Shown: in pieces, positions 10,301 to 20,091 of the stretch
Layout of the letters: the number at the start of each line of letters is the position of its first letter
How positions within the stretch are numbered: position 1 is the first letter of the stretch
Virus record (IMG/VR): IMGVR_UViG_3300030060_002561
Coordinates: 1 to 64,000 of that record
Reading direction: 5' to 3' (one strand)
DNA from: a virus
Taxonomy: Duplodnaviria; Caudoviricetes
DNA: 64,000 bases
The notes under the pieces: model-generated
What the model saw: the letters and a program-made list of their open reading frames with translations, nothing else
Database searches by the model: none
What the model was told of the DNA's origin: nothing
Program-made: the position numbers and the translations under genes

Positions 10301-13300
10301 GGAGAGTCTCCTATCTTTCTTGTTTGGTTCTCGTATGAAATCATAATTAGGACTACCAGACCAAGTTCCAGCATGTTCCTCTGAGACAATTGGTAGGATT
10401 ATATCATGCCCCGTAAACCTCGTAGAAAAACCTGTAGAACTCTTTAGTGACTTAGCCCATTTGAAATTACTACTGTCTACTGTTGGCGTACATAGCCAAA
10501 CGTGACTAAAACGAATATTGTGTGCGTTACTTCTTCGTTGGAACTTAAGTTGTGTGCTTCCAGTATGCGAAGTAAGATTGTCAATGTTGAAGTCCGTGGT
10601 TCCGAAAAGCCGGAAGGGTTGCACACCGAAGTAACTCAGAAGCCCGCTTGCATGTGTTCCACCATCATATCTCAATAGGCCAGTTGCGCTACTTGCGCCT
10701 AATACATCATTAATCGAATTTATTATCCATCGAGTAGGTGACATTGTATTGTCTTGATTCAATGCAACGAAGCCGTTGATACCTCCCGCCGCTTGTATGT
10801 TTCCGTATGCACTAGCGGGGAATGCGCCTATCTTGCTTTTCTGGTAGAACACCCTACCATCTGATGCACCCACATTTGAGGTAGTATACTCACCATCATT
10901 GTTCCATGATATGCTATTGGTAGAAGTTTCTGCTACTGGTGTGCAGAACTGAACATAGTCAAACGTCTGCACAGTTGGTATATCTTCTGCTTTGTCTGGT
11001 AAGGATTCATAGTCTACCGGATTGAAATGCCAGTCGAATGTAGCCTCTACTAATTTCATGACTCCAAACCTTCTCATCTGATTGGTAGTTTGTGTTGATG
11101 TCTGAATGGATGATTCCTCAAACATGTTCTCTGTTTGGAGAGTCTGCTTCGTCTTACCAACATAGTGTTGATGAGTTGTTTCTCCTGTGAGAGTTGGTTC
11201 TGATTCCAATAGAACTCCAAATTCATTGTAGTCTTTCGTATGGTATCCCAGATTGTTATGTCGCAATTTGGAATATGGAAATATATCACCCGTTGCTAGT
11301 AATTCATATGTTTCTGCTCTTGGGTCTATCTGCTCAAAGGAGTCATATTGTATGTCACTTTCCAAACCACTTGGCACGTATCCAGACATTGAGACACTGG
11401 TTTCCTCTCGTATTGTTGGATAGGACTCTACTATTGGATAGTCATCTTGATTACCAAAGAAGTTAGCAACATATGTCCATCCCTTGATTGTGTTGCTACC
11501 AGATAGCGGTTTGCTGTCTCCTGTTGCAGTTGGAGTTATGAGACTGCCATCTGCCTTGACACCATATGCCACGGCGTAGCCAGTTACCATCTGTGGTTTA
11601 GAGCCAAACCGATAGATACTGTCATGGTTCCTGTATATCGTTCCTCTGTCAAATCTCTGCAAATCCCAGTACCTCATGGTTTCCTTTGGCCCGAAGTAAC
11701 CAGTACCACTTGCAGTTGATTGTAATCTATGGATAAATCCACCTGTGTCTGCATTGTTGTTGACTAGATACAGATTGCAGTTTCCTCTTGTATCTGAGGA
11801 ATTTATGTCCACTCTTCCTAGTAGTATGGGGAATATAGGAGATAGAGACAATCTGGTTTCAGATTCATCCTTCTCGTTTACCTTCACCACATCAAAGGTT
11901 TCCTTGCTTATTGAAGCAATATCTATCTTATCCAATGTCACTCCGTTTTCATTACCTGCATTGAATGCGAAGATAGCATCATTGGTAGAAATTGCCTTTG
12001 GTGATGATATGTCATATCCTAATGTTCCATCTTTTAGGTAGGAACCAGTATTGGATGAGCCTCTTATTGCTGTATAGACGAAATTATTTCCATCTAATGT
12101 TAAAGATAGCCCAGAGTTGAAATCAATTGCTTTCTCGCTTATCGAGGTGAAAGACGCAGTACCAGTATTGTGTTGCTCATTACTTCCTAGTGCCTTAGTG
12201 CCTGTAACATAGTTCACCCATGTAGAACTGTATGGATGATAATACTTTAATGATGATGTCGTAGTTGGTGTAGAGAACGCTCCATCATACAATGTTATGG
12301 TTCCAGATGAGTATTGTTTTACCTCCCCAATTAACTCCCCTGCTTGGTTAAGTATGAGGCCGTACTTCGCAGGAGTAGTAGAAGGAGTACCAGAGAATGT
12401 TACAGAAGCACTACCTGTTGTCACGCTTAGACTGCTTATACCAGTAATCGCAGTTGCGTTTAGAATAGGTGGTAATGAAGTATGGATAACATCTTCCATG
12501 AATGTAGTGTTCTTGCTTACTGTCTGTGATAGGAGTTTGGAAGTTTCATCTCTACCAATCACATTGTATGTAGTTAAACCATTCTCCGAGGCACTAGTAA
12601 TATCCTCTATCACGCCAGTAAAGGCAACATCGCTAATTGAATAACTACTGTTGTAGTAATAGAACCTGCTCTTGTTTTCATTAGAACGTTGGTAGAAGAC
12701 CCGACTATCATCCTGTATCTTCAGATACTTGTTATCCTTATCTCCATATTGTATTCTATTATCGTGCCTGTTATGCGTACCGATAACCAATCTGGAGTTG
12801 TATAACTTAGATTCATTCTCATCTATCGTAACATCTGACATTGATAATCTAGATGAATCTAAGTCAAATTCTGTATCTGGTTCTAATGTAGTATTCAATA
12901 CGCCTGTGTATGGTGCTACTTTCATTTCCTTTGATGAGAAGTTTTCTGCTACAGAACTACCTGTCCATGTGTTTGCCGCAATTGTTTTCTTGTTCTTGAT
13001 TGTGAATGATTGCTCTCCATTAGATTGAGCGTTCACTACATTGACGACATAGTAGTATCCATCTATCTCCACTATTGTATTTGCATTCGGGCCAGCACCC
13101 AATACGGCTCTTAGGTCTGTGTTCTTTTGTATGTCCGACAAGACGATTGTGGATGTGTTTGATGAATGTCGGGATGCCTTGCCGTGGAACTTCATAAATT
13201 GCATACTGCCATTGTATATGTTCCTCTCTAGAATCAAATCGGTTTCTTCCTTCATCTTGAGGTGTTGCAATCCGCTATTGTCCATTACTTTGAATTGAGC

Positions 13301-14725
13301 GAGTTGACTCATCTTATTCCTAGGTTGATTCAATAGTGCATGTGTAATTAATGGAATTTGATTATTCTTGTAGTTGGCTTTCTCAAAAGTCAGGTACTTG
13401 CCCGGTCCAGTTAGGTCACCATCTAATTTGAGAGTAGAAGTAGAATCCGAGTTTGCGGTATGCCTGTGCATCTTAGGAAACGCAGTTTCCCATTTGTAGA
13501 AATCACTAGAAGTGGAGTCATCAGATGTCTTATTCGCATCTACTAGAGTTGCCTCTAGTCTGTCCTTTCCTATACTGTGTATCGTATTGTTGAACTTTCC
13601 TTCGGTTCTGAATATTACGTTCTGTATCGTCTTACCAATCTTTACATTGAACTGTGAGTTGTTCTGGTTTATCAGCACTCTCGCATAATCTAATTTTAAT
13701 CTTAGATTGTTAGTATCATCCAAGGTTTTGATGTTTCCAAGGTAAACTCCGCTATTGTCAAAGATTGACATACCCGGCAAGAGTTTCTGTCTGTTCGTCA
13801 CATCTGTCACTGTGAACTTTATCGAGTCACTACCTATGGCGTACTGAGCATGTGTTGTTACTGCGCTCATTGATACAGTCGTGAAAGCACTCCAGTATCG
13901 TAGGTGTGTTAGATTGTACTTTGTCATGTAATCTAGTTGGTTTTTCTCATCTAATCTATCATTGTAGAAATACCAAGTCGGCCTACTAGCATGTGATACT
14001 CTATCGTGTTTGTTCGTATTGCTTAGAGCATCACCTCTCAGACCATAACTCACAGCAACTATGTCAGTCGCTGTCTTTGCTGGCCCTTTGTAAATCTCAA
14101 ACTTCGTATTGATTCCTACTTCTGTAGGATATGCGGGAGAGAATTCTATTCCATCTCCAAACTCATCAAAGGAGATTATTCTAGTTATTTTTGCAAAGTG
14201 TGGTCTGATAGCATCTGTTCCCATAACTACTGTATCTGGATTTAACAAGATAAAATAATCATAGTTCTCTATGTCTAATCCAACTTCCTCTGTAGCAGGA
14301 TAGTCACTAGTGGAATATACGAACTTTCTATTTGTCTCGGAATTAGTCAGTTGCGAATCATATACCTTCACTTTGAATGAATGAGTCTCATCTCTGTTTA
14401 GAGCATGGTCAGTCAAGGTGGCATTGCTAGGATATATCCTGTTTCCAATCCTACTTGTGGAGTCATTGCTAACTGAACCACCGTGAGAGGTGTCTCTTAT
14501 TTCCATGAAGTTAGCAGACGACTTCAAAGATGAACCATTCTGAGAGTTCTCGTATTGTAGGTTGTTCTGCACTAATGTAGGATTTACTGATACGTTTAGG
14601 TATGCTTCACTCTTCTTTGCGGCGTGTCCAGCATAGTCAAATGCATCATTGTCATCTGTGATGTCAGTATCCTTAACTCCCACGTTTAGTGGAAATATTG
14701 CCTTGCCCTTACTTACTCCACCCAT
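7340..14725 (-). CDS. Very large tail-tip/baseplate hub protein (2461 aa)
   Basis: Long ORF downstream of the tape measure and distal-tail genes. The C-terminus (ANKIVVVGD...DPTIKSRVDAETKA...LEAGDILR...YIVFEIE) resembles hub/Tal-type domains. Confidence 0.65.
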   Translation of the reverse strand: MGGVSKGKAIFPLNVGVKDTDITDDNDAFDYAGHAAKKSEAYLNVSVNPTLVQNNLQYENSQNGSSLKSSANFMEIRDTSHGGSVSNDSTSRIGNRIYPSNATLTDHALNRDETHSFKVKVYDSQLTNSETNRKFVYSTSDYPATEEVGLDIENYDYFILLNPDTVVMGTDAIRPHFAKITRIISFDEFGDGIEFSPAYPTEVGINTKFEIYKGPAKTATDIVAVSYGLRGDALSNTNKHDRVSHASRPTWYFYNDRLDEKNQLDYMTKYNLTHLRYWSAFTTVSMSAVTTHAQYAIGSDSIKFTVTDVTNRQKLLPGMSIFDNSGVYLGNIKTLDDTNNLRLKLDYARVLINQNNSQFNVKIGKTIQNVIFRTEGKFNNTIHSIGKDRLEATLVDANKTSDDSTSSDFYKWETAFPKMHRHTANSDSTSTLKLDGDLTGPGKYLTFEKANYKNNQIPLITHALLNQPRNKMSQLAQFKVMDNSGLQHLKMKEETDLILERNIYNGSMQFMKFHGKASRHSSNTSTIVLSDIQKNTDLRAVLGAGPNANTIVEIDGYYYVVNVVNAQSNGEQSFTIKNKKTIAANTWTGSSVAENFSSKEMKVAPYTGVLNTTLEPDTEFDLDSSRLSMSDVTIDENESKLYNSRLVIGTHNRHDNRIQYGDKDNKYLKIQDDSRVFYQRSNENKSRFYYYNSSYSISDVAFTGVIEDITSASENGLTTYNVIGRDETSKLLSQTVSKNTTFMEDVIHTSLPPILNATAITGISSLSVTTGSASVTFSGTPSTTPAKYGLILNQAGELIGEVKQYSSGTITLYDGAFSTPTTTSSLKYYHPYSSTWVNYVTGTKALGSNEQHNTGTASFTSISEKAIDFNSGLSLTLDGNNFVYTAIRGSSNTGSYLKDGTLGYDISSPKAISTNDAIFAFNAGNENGVTLDKIDIASISKETFDVVKVNEKDESETRLSLSPIFPILLGRVDINSSDTRGNCNLYLVNNNADTGGFIHRLQSTASGTGYFGPKETMRYWDLQRFDRGTIYRNHDSIYRFGSKPQMVTGYAVAYGVKADGSLITPTATGDSKPLSGSNTIKGWTYVANFFGNQDDYPIVESYPTIREETSVSMSGYVPSGLESDIQYDSFEQIDPRAETYELLATGDIFPYSKLRHNNLGYHTKDYNEFGVLLESEPTLTGETTHQHYVGKTKQTLQTENMFEESSIQTSTQTTNQMRRFGVMKLVEATFDWHFNPVDYESLPDKAEDIPTVQTFDYVQFCTPVAETSTNSISWNNDGEYTTSNVGASDGRVFYQKSKIGAFPASAYGNIQAAGGINGFVALNQDNTMSPTRWIINSINDVLGASSATGLLRYDGGTHASGLLSYFGVQPFRLFGTTDFNIDNLTSHTGSTQLKFQRRSNAHNIRFSHVWLCTPTVDSSNFKWAKSLKSSTGFSTRFTGHDIILPIVSEEHAGTWSGSPNYDFIREPNKKDRRLSAHTHFSTGTHKHISRVVAGLYHRELSDTDSDLRFRFGVGQTANNSASLAHIYEGCIGIFRGFKQGSTVMAENFGTGVIDNDDIVMSTALSLTADSVYDTFITNNTSDYDQVTRNLMIQRYAKNVDTLHLAYDDDDTTMMLNVGGYDTNYGVSFASNGFGFIGDSFQAFSWTGKSGNDTLTGVPDLNNDYPVGTDVHETEYSLAMVGTKGADCILSDKLFLRASGTRSNFKYYSPHFSHQVATPSGTPTHYETAGGVISAQMLVKPTFNIVNNSGGITVPTSSDNKVITFVLNSDTEHAWLSYMPNLTGYYLVSEDFTDDIEGNLNIRTSPNADMPKKIHKIVNHEVSVAPSTTATETQRITLDSDFSSSNGARYRLMRPSEVTFNEHENEVRFNVLLNDGKGRDWRTGGSRQSNATFSESVNYMYLLLDIDNAHSTIERRTGTDAIAPFSDLADGDILDMNITDGTESVRKNIVVRKTVSINDGENQQTKTGLTLEFDGKLSANGVVSFGEVFEVTLGRKPKLKDITKCSIGTTYAIASQLEKEVENIVTLAGLEYNPSRSFSNPTGNIVNSGTTMLSTGVIVNGQHSSSSPTIAVDGVDATTIFAEGDSVFDDSGTFLGFVSSTTANEITLTANYLVGISDNENLQREGITCTSAIEGISVGDVVYSYDGHLIGEVALAGVSGSTIALRNRYFSPAQYDELVLVNKKTFATNLKFDNTNMYNALNSLVVKRGLDYNIKNGEFITRNIEDTGSLRRYALSYKESNRLISVKGNTSMFDKANKIVVVGDKVQYELEKPTKKQTRTVKVVDPTIKSRVDAETKAVELMNIYDGDAKKIDIELQKEGLELLEAGDILRMNFPNHNIPVNDYIVFEIENVLSGTLKLKVGTFDKTIAERLSELSMQQADDSTTLLGRDAVVESSGKFLFDAIKLKNISFSYNITGPSNALSRNSNMGFDDIVGFTEEVGFEHSIVTKKSYKDRFYEQEDY

Positions 14726-17700
14726 TCAATCACCAAACGTATAGTAAAACAAGATATCAGAAAAACCGGGACTCAATGTATGTGAGTTAGTCGATGGGCG
14801 TTTTGACTTATGCATGGCAATTTCAAATAACTCACCAAAGAATTGCTCTGAATTACCCGAACCTCTACCTATTTGGCAATCACTCTTATCAAGATAGAAT
14901 GGTGCTACGTTGTGTGCTTTCTGCTTTACTAGAGAGTTATTCAGATGTAATTCTAGGTTGTTTCTATTATACACTAGAGACACCTTGAATACTTGCTCAA
15001 GATACAATGCTTCCTTTCTCTGGTCTGTATAGATTGTAGAAGTTACAGTATATGCAGGAGTAGAAGTAAGAGTGATAGTATCCCCATTAACAGAGGCAAC
15101 AGTTCCTAACTCCTGTATTGATGAGTCATATATCTTGTTTCCCGGCCCTATTTCTGTTGCTTCTCCAGAACCCACACTAATTTCCGTATTGTTTCCTGCT
15201 GAGAAATTCACAGTAGCCAAGTCAGTTATGCTATCAGACATAGCCGCACTACCCATAGACGCTTGATTCAGTTTGACAGTTAGCACATTGTTTGCCCTTG
15301 TGGTAATCAATGTCCCATTATGACCATTTGCTCCATCTATGGCAGTTTCTAGATTGGCGGCAGTTGTATCGTTGTTAGTCTCTGCTTTGAAGAAGGTGTA
15401 TGTTCCATCGGTTGTTCCGGTGACTTCATGTGTAGAAGCCTTGTACTTCTTCAATGTACCAGATGCATCTGTAACGCTGATAAAATTGTCTGGCGTTCCA
15501 CCACCACTAAAGTTAGTCTTACTGATATTTGAGGGAAGATTACCCAAAGTTATGGCGGCGGTGTTTGTTCCAATCGTATTCTGTGTTAGATTAATTGTGG
15601 CACTACCTGCGGCATCCGTTAGTATGCTACCTGCATGACCATTGCTATGAGCAATTGCAGTTCTTAGATTATCAGCCGTTGCAGATGCGCTTCCTCCCTC
15701 TTGGAATGCTATACCTCCAGATACATCTCCAATAGAACCACCATTCAAACCACCAGTAGCAATTTCACCACCATTCGCTACAGGAACGTACTTCTTAGTG
15801 ACAGGAGAACCCGCATTGTTTACTAGTTGTATGAATGGGGTACTGCTTGCATTAGTTTCTGTGACTCCGCCTGTGAAGTTAGCACCGGATATTGTTGCCG
15901 CGCTATTGGCAATGTTTGCCTTTGCTATCGTTGCGTTATTACCTGCCGCACCAGTCAAATCATGAGTGAGGTTTACTGTTGCACCATTAGCAACAGCAGT
16001 TATCGTACTGCCGTGTCCGTTGTTGTGATTGATTGCATTTGCTAGAGCAGTAGCCGCACCAATGTTATTTGCGTTACTTGCGAAATTAAAGTAGACTACC
16101 GATACGGTACTACTGTCATCTAACGTTCTAGTTCCAGTGGAACCAGTGGTTTGTGTGGAGTCATGTGCAGGAAAGTAGTTCTTCGTATTGCCAGCACTAT
16201 CTGTTAGCGTGAAGTAGTTTATCGTGTTGTCATTTGAGCCAGTAGTCTCCCCTAGAATCAACTCATTGACTCCACCACTAAAAGGAAGAACCTTTACTCC
16301 TGCTTGAGTTGTACCATTTGTCTCAGTATAGTTATTGTTTGATATCAATGTGCTACCCGCAGACAATACCGCACTTTCATCTCCCTTTCTGTTTGGTGCG
16401 CTACCTGTGATAGCAACCGTTAGCGTCACTTCTTCGGGTGTGTTAAATCCGAATATAATCGCAGTACCATCTCTAGGATTGGAAGCAGAACCTGCAAAAC
16501 CTGTGTTATCGGCGTTAACCGCATCAGCGAAGTTCTGTGCAGTTGCTTCCACAGTACCCCCTATCAAGTATCCTTTAGCACCAGAAGGCCAAGTAAACCC
16601 CGCAGATGCAGTACCACTTAGGTCAGCACCATTAGTTATTCCCGGTAGAGCAAACCACTTCCTAGTAGGATTACCGCTTTCATGAGTGACTAGAATGTGA
16701 TTATTAACATCTGTACCATCAGCATTGACTGGTTGATTGTAGAACTGTACTGTTCCTTCTTCAGCAGTAGCACCAACTACATCTGTATTCAGATTATTTC
16801 TTTGCACTATTGTAATGCTTCCAGTTGCTTTGACAGGTTTCGTGTAATTTGCTATATCTCCAGAGATAACGATTTGACCTGTGGATTTTGTGTTTCTCTC
16901 CAAGTCATCATAGTCCTGTATGGTTATAGTACCAGACGGATTGCTACCAGTTGCGCTAGTAGTCACCCTTCGATGGCTAGTAGTAATACCGTTGTAGTAG
17001 CCAGTATTATCATAGTATCCGTATAGATTCTTACTTGCAGTAATTATCTTGTGGCTTTCAATCTTCTCTGTAGTTCCTCCTTTCGTCAACTCAGCAACTA
17101 ACTTGTACTCTGCGGGTTGGTTGTATGAACTACCCGTAAGTGAAGAAGTAGAAGTAACGTTTTGCAAATAGAATTTAAGATTAGCATTGTGAAATATCAT
17201 CATCTTCTGTTGTAGGTATGCAGACGGACCAAGATAGTCCACGCTTTCATACGCCGTTCTATCACCAACATCACTAGAGTTGTCATTAGGATATGGTGGA
17301 GTTTTCTGTGAGTCTAGAACACCATGCCTACCAGCAGTCCTAGAACCAATCCCGTTTACATCGTATGGGGTGATTATTGCCTCCAATACGAATCCGTTAG
17401 TCAAACCAACTTCAGAGTCGTCCGACCATATACTTCTATTCCTTAGAGAAGAAGTAGTCGTTATGTTCTTCTTGAGATTCTCATCATTGTTCAAAGACTG
17501 TGCAATAACTGCAAGGAAAGTTATCTGTGTCGCAGTAACTGCATTTACTACTCCAACTAAATTGTTAGCATCATCAAAGACGTTATCTCCTTTAGAAAAC
17601 TTAGTTGTAGCATCTACTGTATCTACTGCTATTGTGTTGGTGCTTCCACTATTATAACCACTTCCACTATTCACTAGCACACCACTAGATTCTAGTGTAG

Positions 17701-17806
17701 TAGGATGGTTGACTGCCGCATCATAATCAATGTTTAGATAACCGTTGCACAATATTGGAAATACCAATTTGTATGAGTCCTCGATGTATGCATTGACCAT
17801 TTTCAC
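14726..17806 (-). CDS. Tail-tip/spike protein with internal repeats and a LamG-like C-terminal beta-sandwich (1026 aa)
   Basis: G/T/N/S-rich; three A-x-[NA]-L-x-x-A-I-x-x-x-N-G-H repeats; C-terminal LELHLNN...QIGRG...FFGELFEIAMH is LamG/ConA-like. Confidence 0.6.
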   Translation of the reverse strand: MKMVNAYIEDSYKLVFPILCNGYLNIDYDAAVNHPTTLESSGVLVNSGSGYNSGSTNTIAVDTVDATTKFSKGDNVFDDANNLVGVVNAVTATQITFLAVIAQSLNNDENLKKNITTTSSLRNRSIWSDDSEVGLTNGFVLEAIITPYDVNGIGSRTAGRHGVLDSQKTPPYPNDNSSDVGDRTAYESVDYLGPSAYLQQKMMIFHNANLKFYLQNVTSTSSLTGSSYNQPAEYKLVAELTKGGTTEKIESHKIITASKNLYGYYDNTGYYNGITTSHRRVTTSATGSNPSGTITIQDYDDLERNTKSTGQIVISGDIANYTKPVKATGSITIVQRNNLNTDVVGATAEEGTVQFYNQPVNADGTDVNNHILVTHESGNPTRKWFALPGITNGADLSGTASAGFTWPSGAKGYLIGGTVEATAQNFADAVNADNTGFAGSASNPRDGTAIIFGFNTPEEVTLTVAITGSAPNRKGDESAVLSAGSTLISNNNYTETNGTTQAGVKVLPFSGGVNELILGETTGSNDNTINYFTLTDSAGNTKNYFPAHDSTQTTGSTGTRTLDDSSTVSVVYFNFASNANNIGAATALANAINHNNGHGSTITAVANGATVNLTHDLTGAAGNNATIAKANIANSAATISGANFTGGVTETNASSTPFIQLVNNAGSPVTKKYVPVANGGEIATGGLNGGSIGDVSGGIAFQEGGSASATADNLRTAIAHSNGHAGSILTDAAGSATINLTQNTIGTNTAAITLGNLPSNISKTNFSGGGTPDNFISVTDASGTLKKYKASTHEVTGTTDGTYTFFKAETNNDTTAANLETAIDGANGHNGTLITTRANNVLTVKLNQASMGSAAMSDSITDLATVNFSAGNNTEISVGSGEATEIGPGNKIYDSSIQELGTVASVNGDTITLTSTPAYTVTSTIYTDQRKEALYLEQVFKVSLVYNRNNLELHLNNSLVKQKAHNVAPFYLDKSDCQIGRGSGNSEQFFGELFEIAMHKSKRPSTNSHTLSPGFSDILFYYTFGD

Positions 17807-18519
17807 CCATCCAAGAAGTTCTCCGATAGCACAAAGGCTTCTGTAAAGTCCATTGTAAAACCAACCGCAGGAAACGTAGACCCATCCATGGTTGTGTTGA
17901 AGTTTTGAATAAACCCAGTTATACCAACGCTAACTTCCTCTGCTCCAGTATAGGGAGTAAACCATTCGGAGTTTGCTCCAGTTCCTGCTTCTGCATCGTA
18001 ATCATATCGAGTGAAACTGTTGTCGTATCCCCTAGTTTTCCAAGAGAAGGGCATCATCTTCAAATCTGAGACATCTGCATTCTCTGCCCCGGCATGATAG
18101 TCAAAGTTGAACCCTACTCTAGTTGGGCCTAGAACGATTAGTTTGTTCATGTTCTGGTCATCTTGGAATGTACTTGAATCCACATACGAATGTATGAGTT
18201 GGGCCATTTCATAGGAAGTCATCTTTACGGTCTTGGCCGCAGAACCATCTCTCTTCTTCACTATGGTCTGTCCTAGTAGTTGACCGGACATGTTTATTGT
18301 CTTCTGAGCCATACCCACATCGAAGGCTAGATTCAGAGACTCTCCCTGTATAGCACCAGAGAAAGGAACAGGTATAGCCATCACACTCTTTGATGTGGTT
18401 ATGCCGAGGTTGTCTACGAATAGCGGTATTCTGTTCACCGCACCATCATTCATGCCTTCGTCATTTCTTCTTTGTAATTCCAAGAAGACCTTGAAGTTAT
18501 TGAAGTTCTCACCGGGCAT
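17803..18519 (-). CDS. Distal-tail (Dit)-like minor tail protein
   Basis: 238 aa immediately after the tape measure; tube-like beta pattern (AFDVGMAQKTINMSGQL...ITGFIQNFNTT...FTMDFTEA). The call rests mainly on synteny. Confidence 0.5.
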   Translation of the reverse strand: MPGENFNNFKVFLELQRRNDEGMNDGAVNRIPLFVDNLGITTSKSVMAIPVPFSGAIQGESLNLAFDVGMAQKTINMSGQLLGQTIVKKRDGSAAKTVKMTSYEMAQLIHSYVDSSTFQDDQNMNKLIVLGPTRVGFNFDYHAGAENADVSDLKMMPFSWKTRGYDNSFTRYDYDAEAGTGANSEWFTPYTGAEEVSVGITGFIQNFNTTMDGSTFPAVGFTMDFTEAFVLSENFLDG

Positions 18520-19868
18520 CAGAATCTACCTACCGCGCTTGTCGTTCTGTTCATCTGTATTCCTATCTCCCTTGCTACCTTTGTGGCGATGTCTCGTATC
18601 TCTGCATCAGAAGCACCAACCCTGCCATTCACATGGACATTGATTGTGTGTCCTCCCATCATTCTCTTACTCTCCGTATTATTGTGTACTCTAGCACCTG
18701 CTGGAAGCGATACCAACTCTGGCCCTCTTTCTCCTACCAACGCTACTCCGCTTCTTGGTGTGACACCACCAGTTGCATATCCACCTAGCCAACTTGGGGC
18801 AATGCTTCGATAACCATGGACTATTGCCTTCCCTAGCCCTACTAGAGCCGCTATGATTATCTTACCCAATCCAAACAACGCACCTAGTAGTATATTCCAG
18901 AATCCTTTCAGAACCTTCGTAAATCCTTTCCATATCTTACCAAAGTCTCCTTGGAATACACCTTGGAACATGGTGAATAAGCCACCAAGGACATCCTTCA
19001 ATCCATTCCATATTTGGTCTAATTGCGGTTTTAGCCCACCTAATTGGTCTAATGTAGCCGTAAACTTGGGCCATACCTTTCTAACTATCATGATAAAGAA
19101 TGTAATTAGCAATAACCCCATAGTTAGTTTTAGAAATATTGAAAGGCCCACATCCAAGAACCTACCAAGAGTAGTTAGTTTCTTTCTAAACCAGTCATTT
19201 ACTTTCTCTGCTTTCTTTCTAAAACTACCTTGTAGAACTATTTCTTTAACCCATTTCATTTTCTTGAATGTGTTTCCTAGCATGTTTGCAGTAAATCCAC
19301 CAATACCTGAATCTTTCATTTCTTGATTGATTGCTGTTAGTTTTCCATCCTTACCTCTTTCTGCTGATAATTCCTGTACCTTTCCATATTTTAGGAAGTC
19401 TCTCATTCCTGCTTTAGTAGTCATCCTACCTTCTAAACCTCTTTGCACTTGAGCATATTGTTTTTGAATTTGGGACTTAGCAATTTCTTCTGCATCACTC
19501 TCCGTGTATCCCTTCAGTTGCAGTCCTTTCTTCATCTGCTTGAAATAATCTGATTGACCTATCTCCTTGTACTCCTTCTTCAGTTTCATCATGGTCTTAG
19601 CCAAGTTCTGGTTGGCTTCCATCTGCTTCATCTGATTCTCTAGAGCCTTGTTATTAGCCTCGTTGAAAACGTTGATTGTCTGCCCTACAGCACGAATCCT
19701 ATTCTGTAGTTTCCACAATCCAGAACCCGAAAGAATCCTAGATGCTATTGTCCATACTTTACTGCTATCTGAAATCTCACCGAACTTTACTACTAGGCTA
19801 TCAGTCTCGGCGTTCAATTGTGAAATAGCATCAGACAATGCGGAAGTGGATGATGCAACATCAACCAT
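18519..19868 (-). CDS. Tail tape measure protein (short, 449 aa)
   Basis: Helical, with hydrophobic segments and W-spaced repeats (IWNGLK, IWKGFT, FWNIL). The C-terminus has the classic YATGG..ALVGERGPELV.LP.GARV.NN motif. It follows the tail chaperone. Confidence 0.85.
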   Translation of the reverse strand: MVDVASSTSALSDAISQLNAETDSLVVKFGEISDSSKVWTIASRILSGSGLWKLQNRIRAVGQTINVFNEANNKALENQMKQMEANQNLAKTMMKLKKEYKEIGQSDYFKQMKKGLQLKGYTESDAEEIAKSQIQKQYAQVQRGLEGRMTTKAGMRDFLKYGKVQELSAERGKDGKLTAINQEMKDSGIGGFTANMLGNTFKKMKWVKEIVLQGSFRKKAEKVNDWFRKKLTTLGRFLDVGLSIFLKLTMGLLLITFFIMIVRKVWPKFTATLDQLGGLKPQLDQIWNGLKDVLGGLFTMFQGVFQGDFGKIWKGFTKVLKGFWNILLGALFGLGKIIIAALVGLGKAIVHGYRSIAPSWLGGYATGGVTPRSGVALVGERGPELVSLPAGARVHNNTESKRMMGGHTINVHVNGRVGASDAEIRDIATKVAREIGIQMNRTTSAVGRF

Positions 19869-20091
19869 TTTCTCTCATTCTCCTTGACTCTCTTTCTATC
19901 TCATCCGATTTGTATTTCTCTACTTCTCCGTGTATCAGTATCATCTCCATCATTAGGCTCAATGGAGTATGTTTCGCGTGGTGTGGGTCTATGCCGAATG
20001 TCTTGCAATATGTGTATAGAAGAAGAGAGAATGACACAGAAGCGTCACTCGCTCTTCCTTCTAATGCTTGACGTATCGCTAGACTTTTCCC
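19861..20091 (-). CDS. -1 frameshift extension of tail assembly chaperone (gpT-like segment of gpGT)
   Basis: Slippery G GGA AAA at 20091-20085. The -1 frame is open without its own 5' start and reads KSLAIRQALEG...LYTYCKTFGIDP...RMRENG to TGA at 19863-19861, overlapping the TMP start. Confidence 0.8.
   Translation of the reverse strand, partial: GKSLAIRQALEGRASDASVSFSLLLYTYCKTFGIDPHHAKHTPLSLMMEMILIHGEVEKYKSDEIERESRRMRENG

Noticed and set aside
1-17806. Diversity-generating retroelement or stop-codon reassignment affecting tail genes
   Set aside because: No reverse transcriptase or adenine-specific TR/VR pair was seen in the window, and genes are intact under the standard code with all three stops in use.
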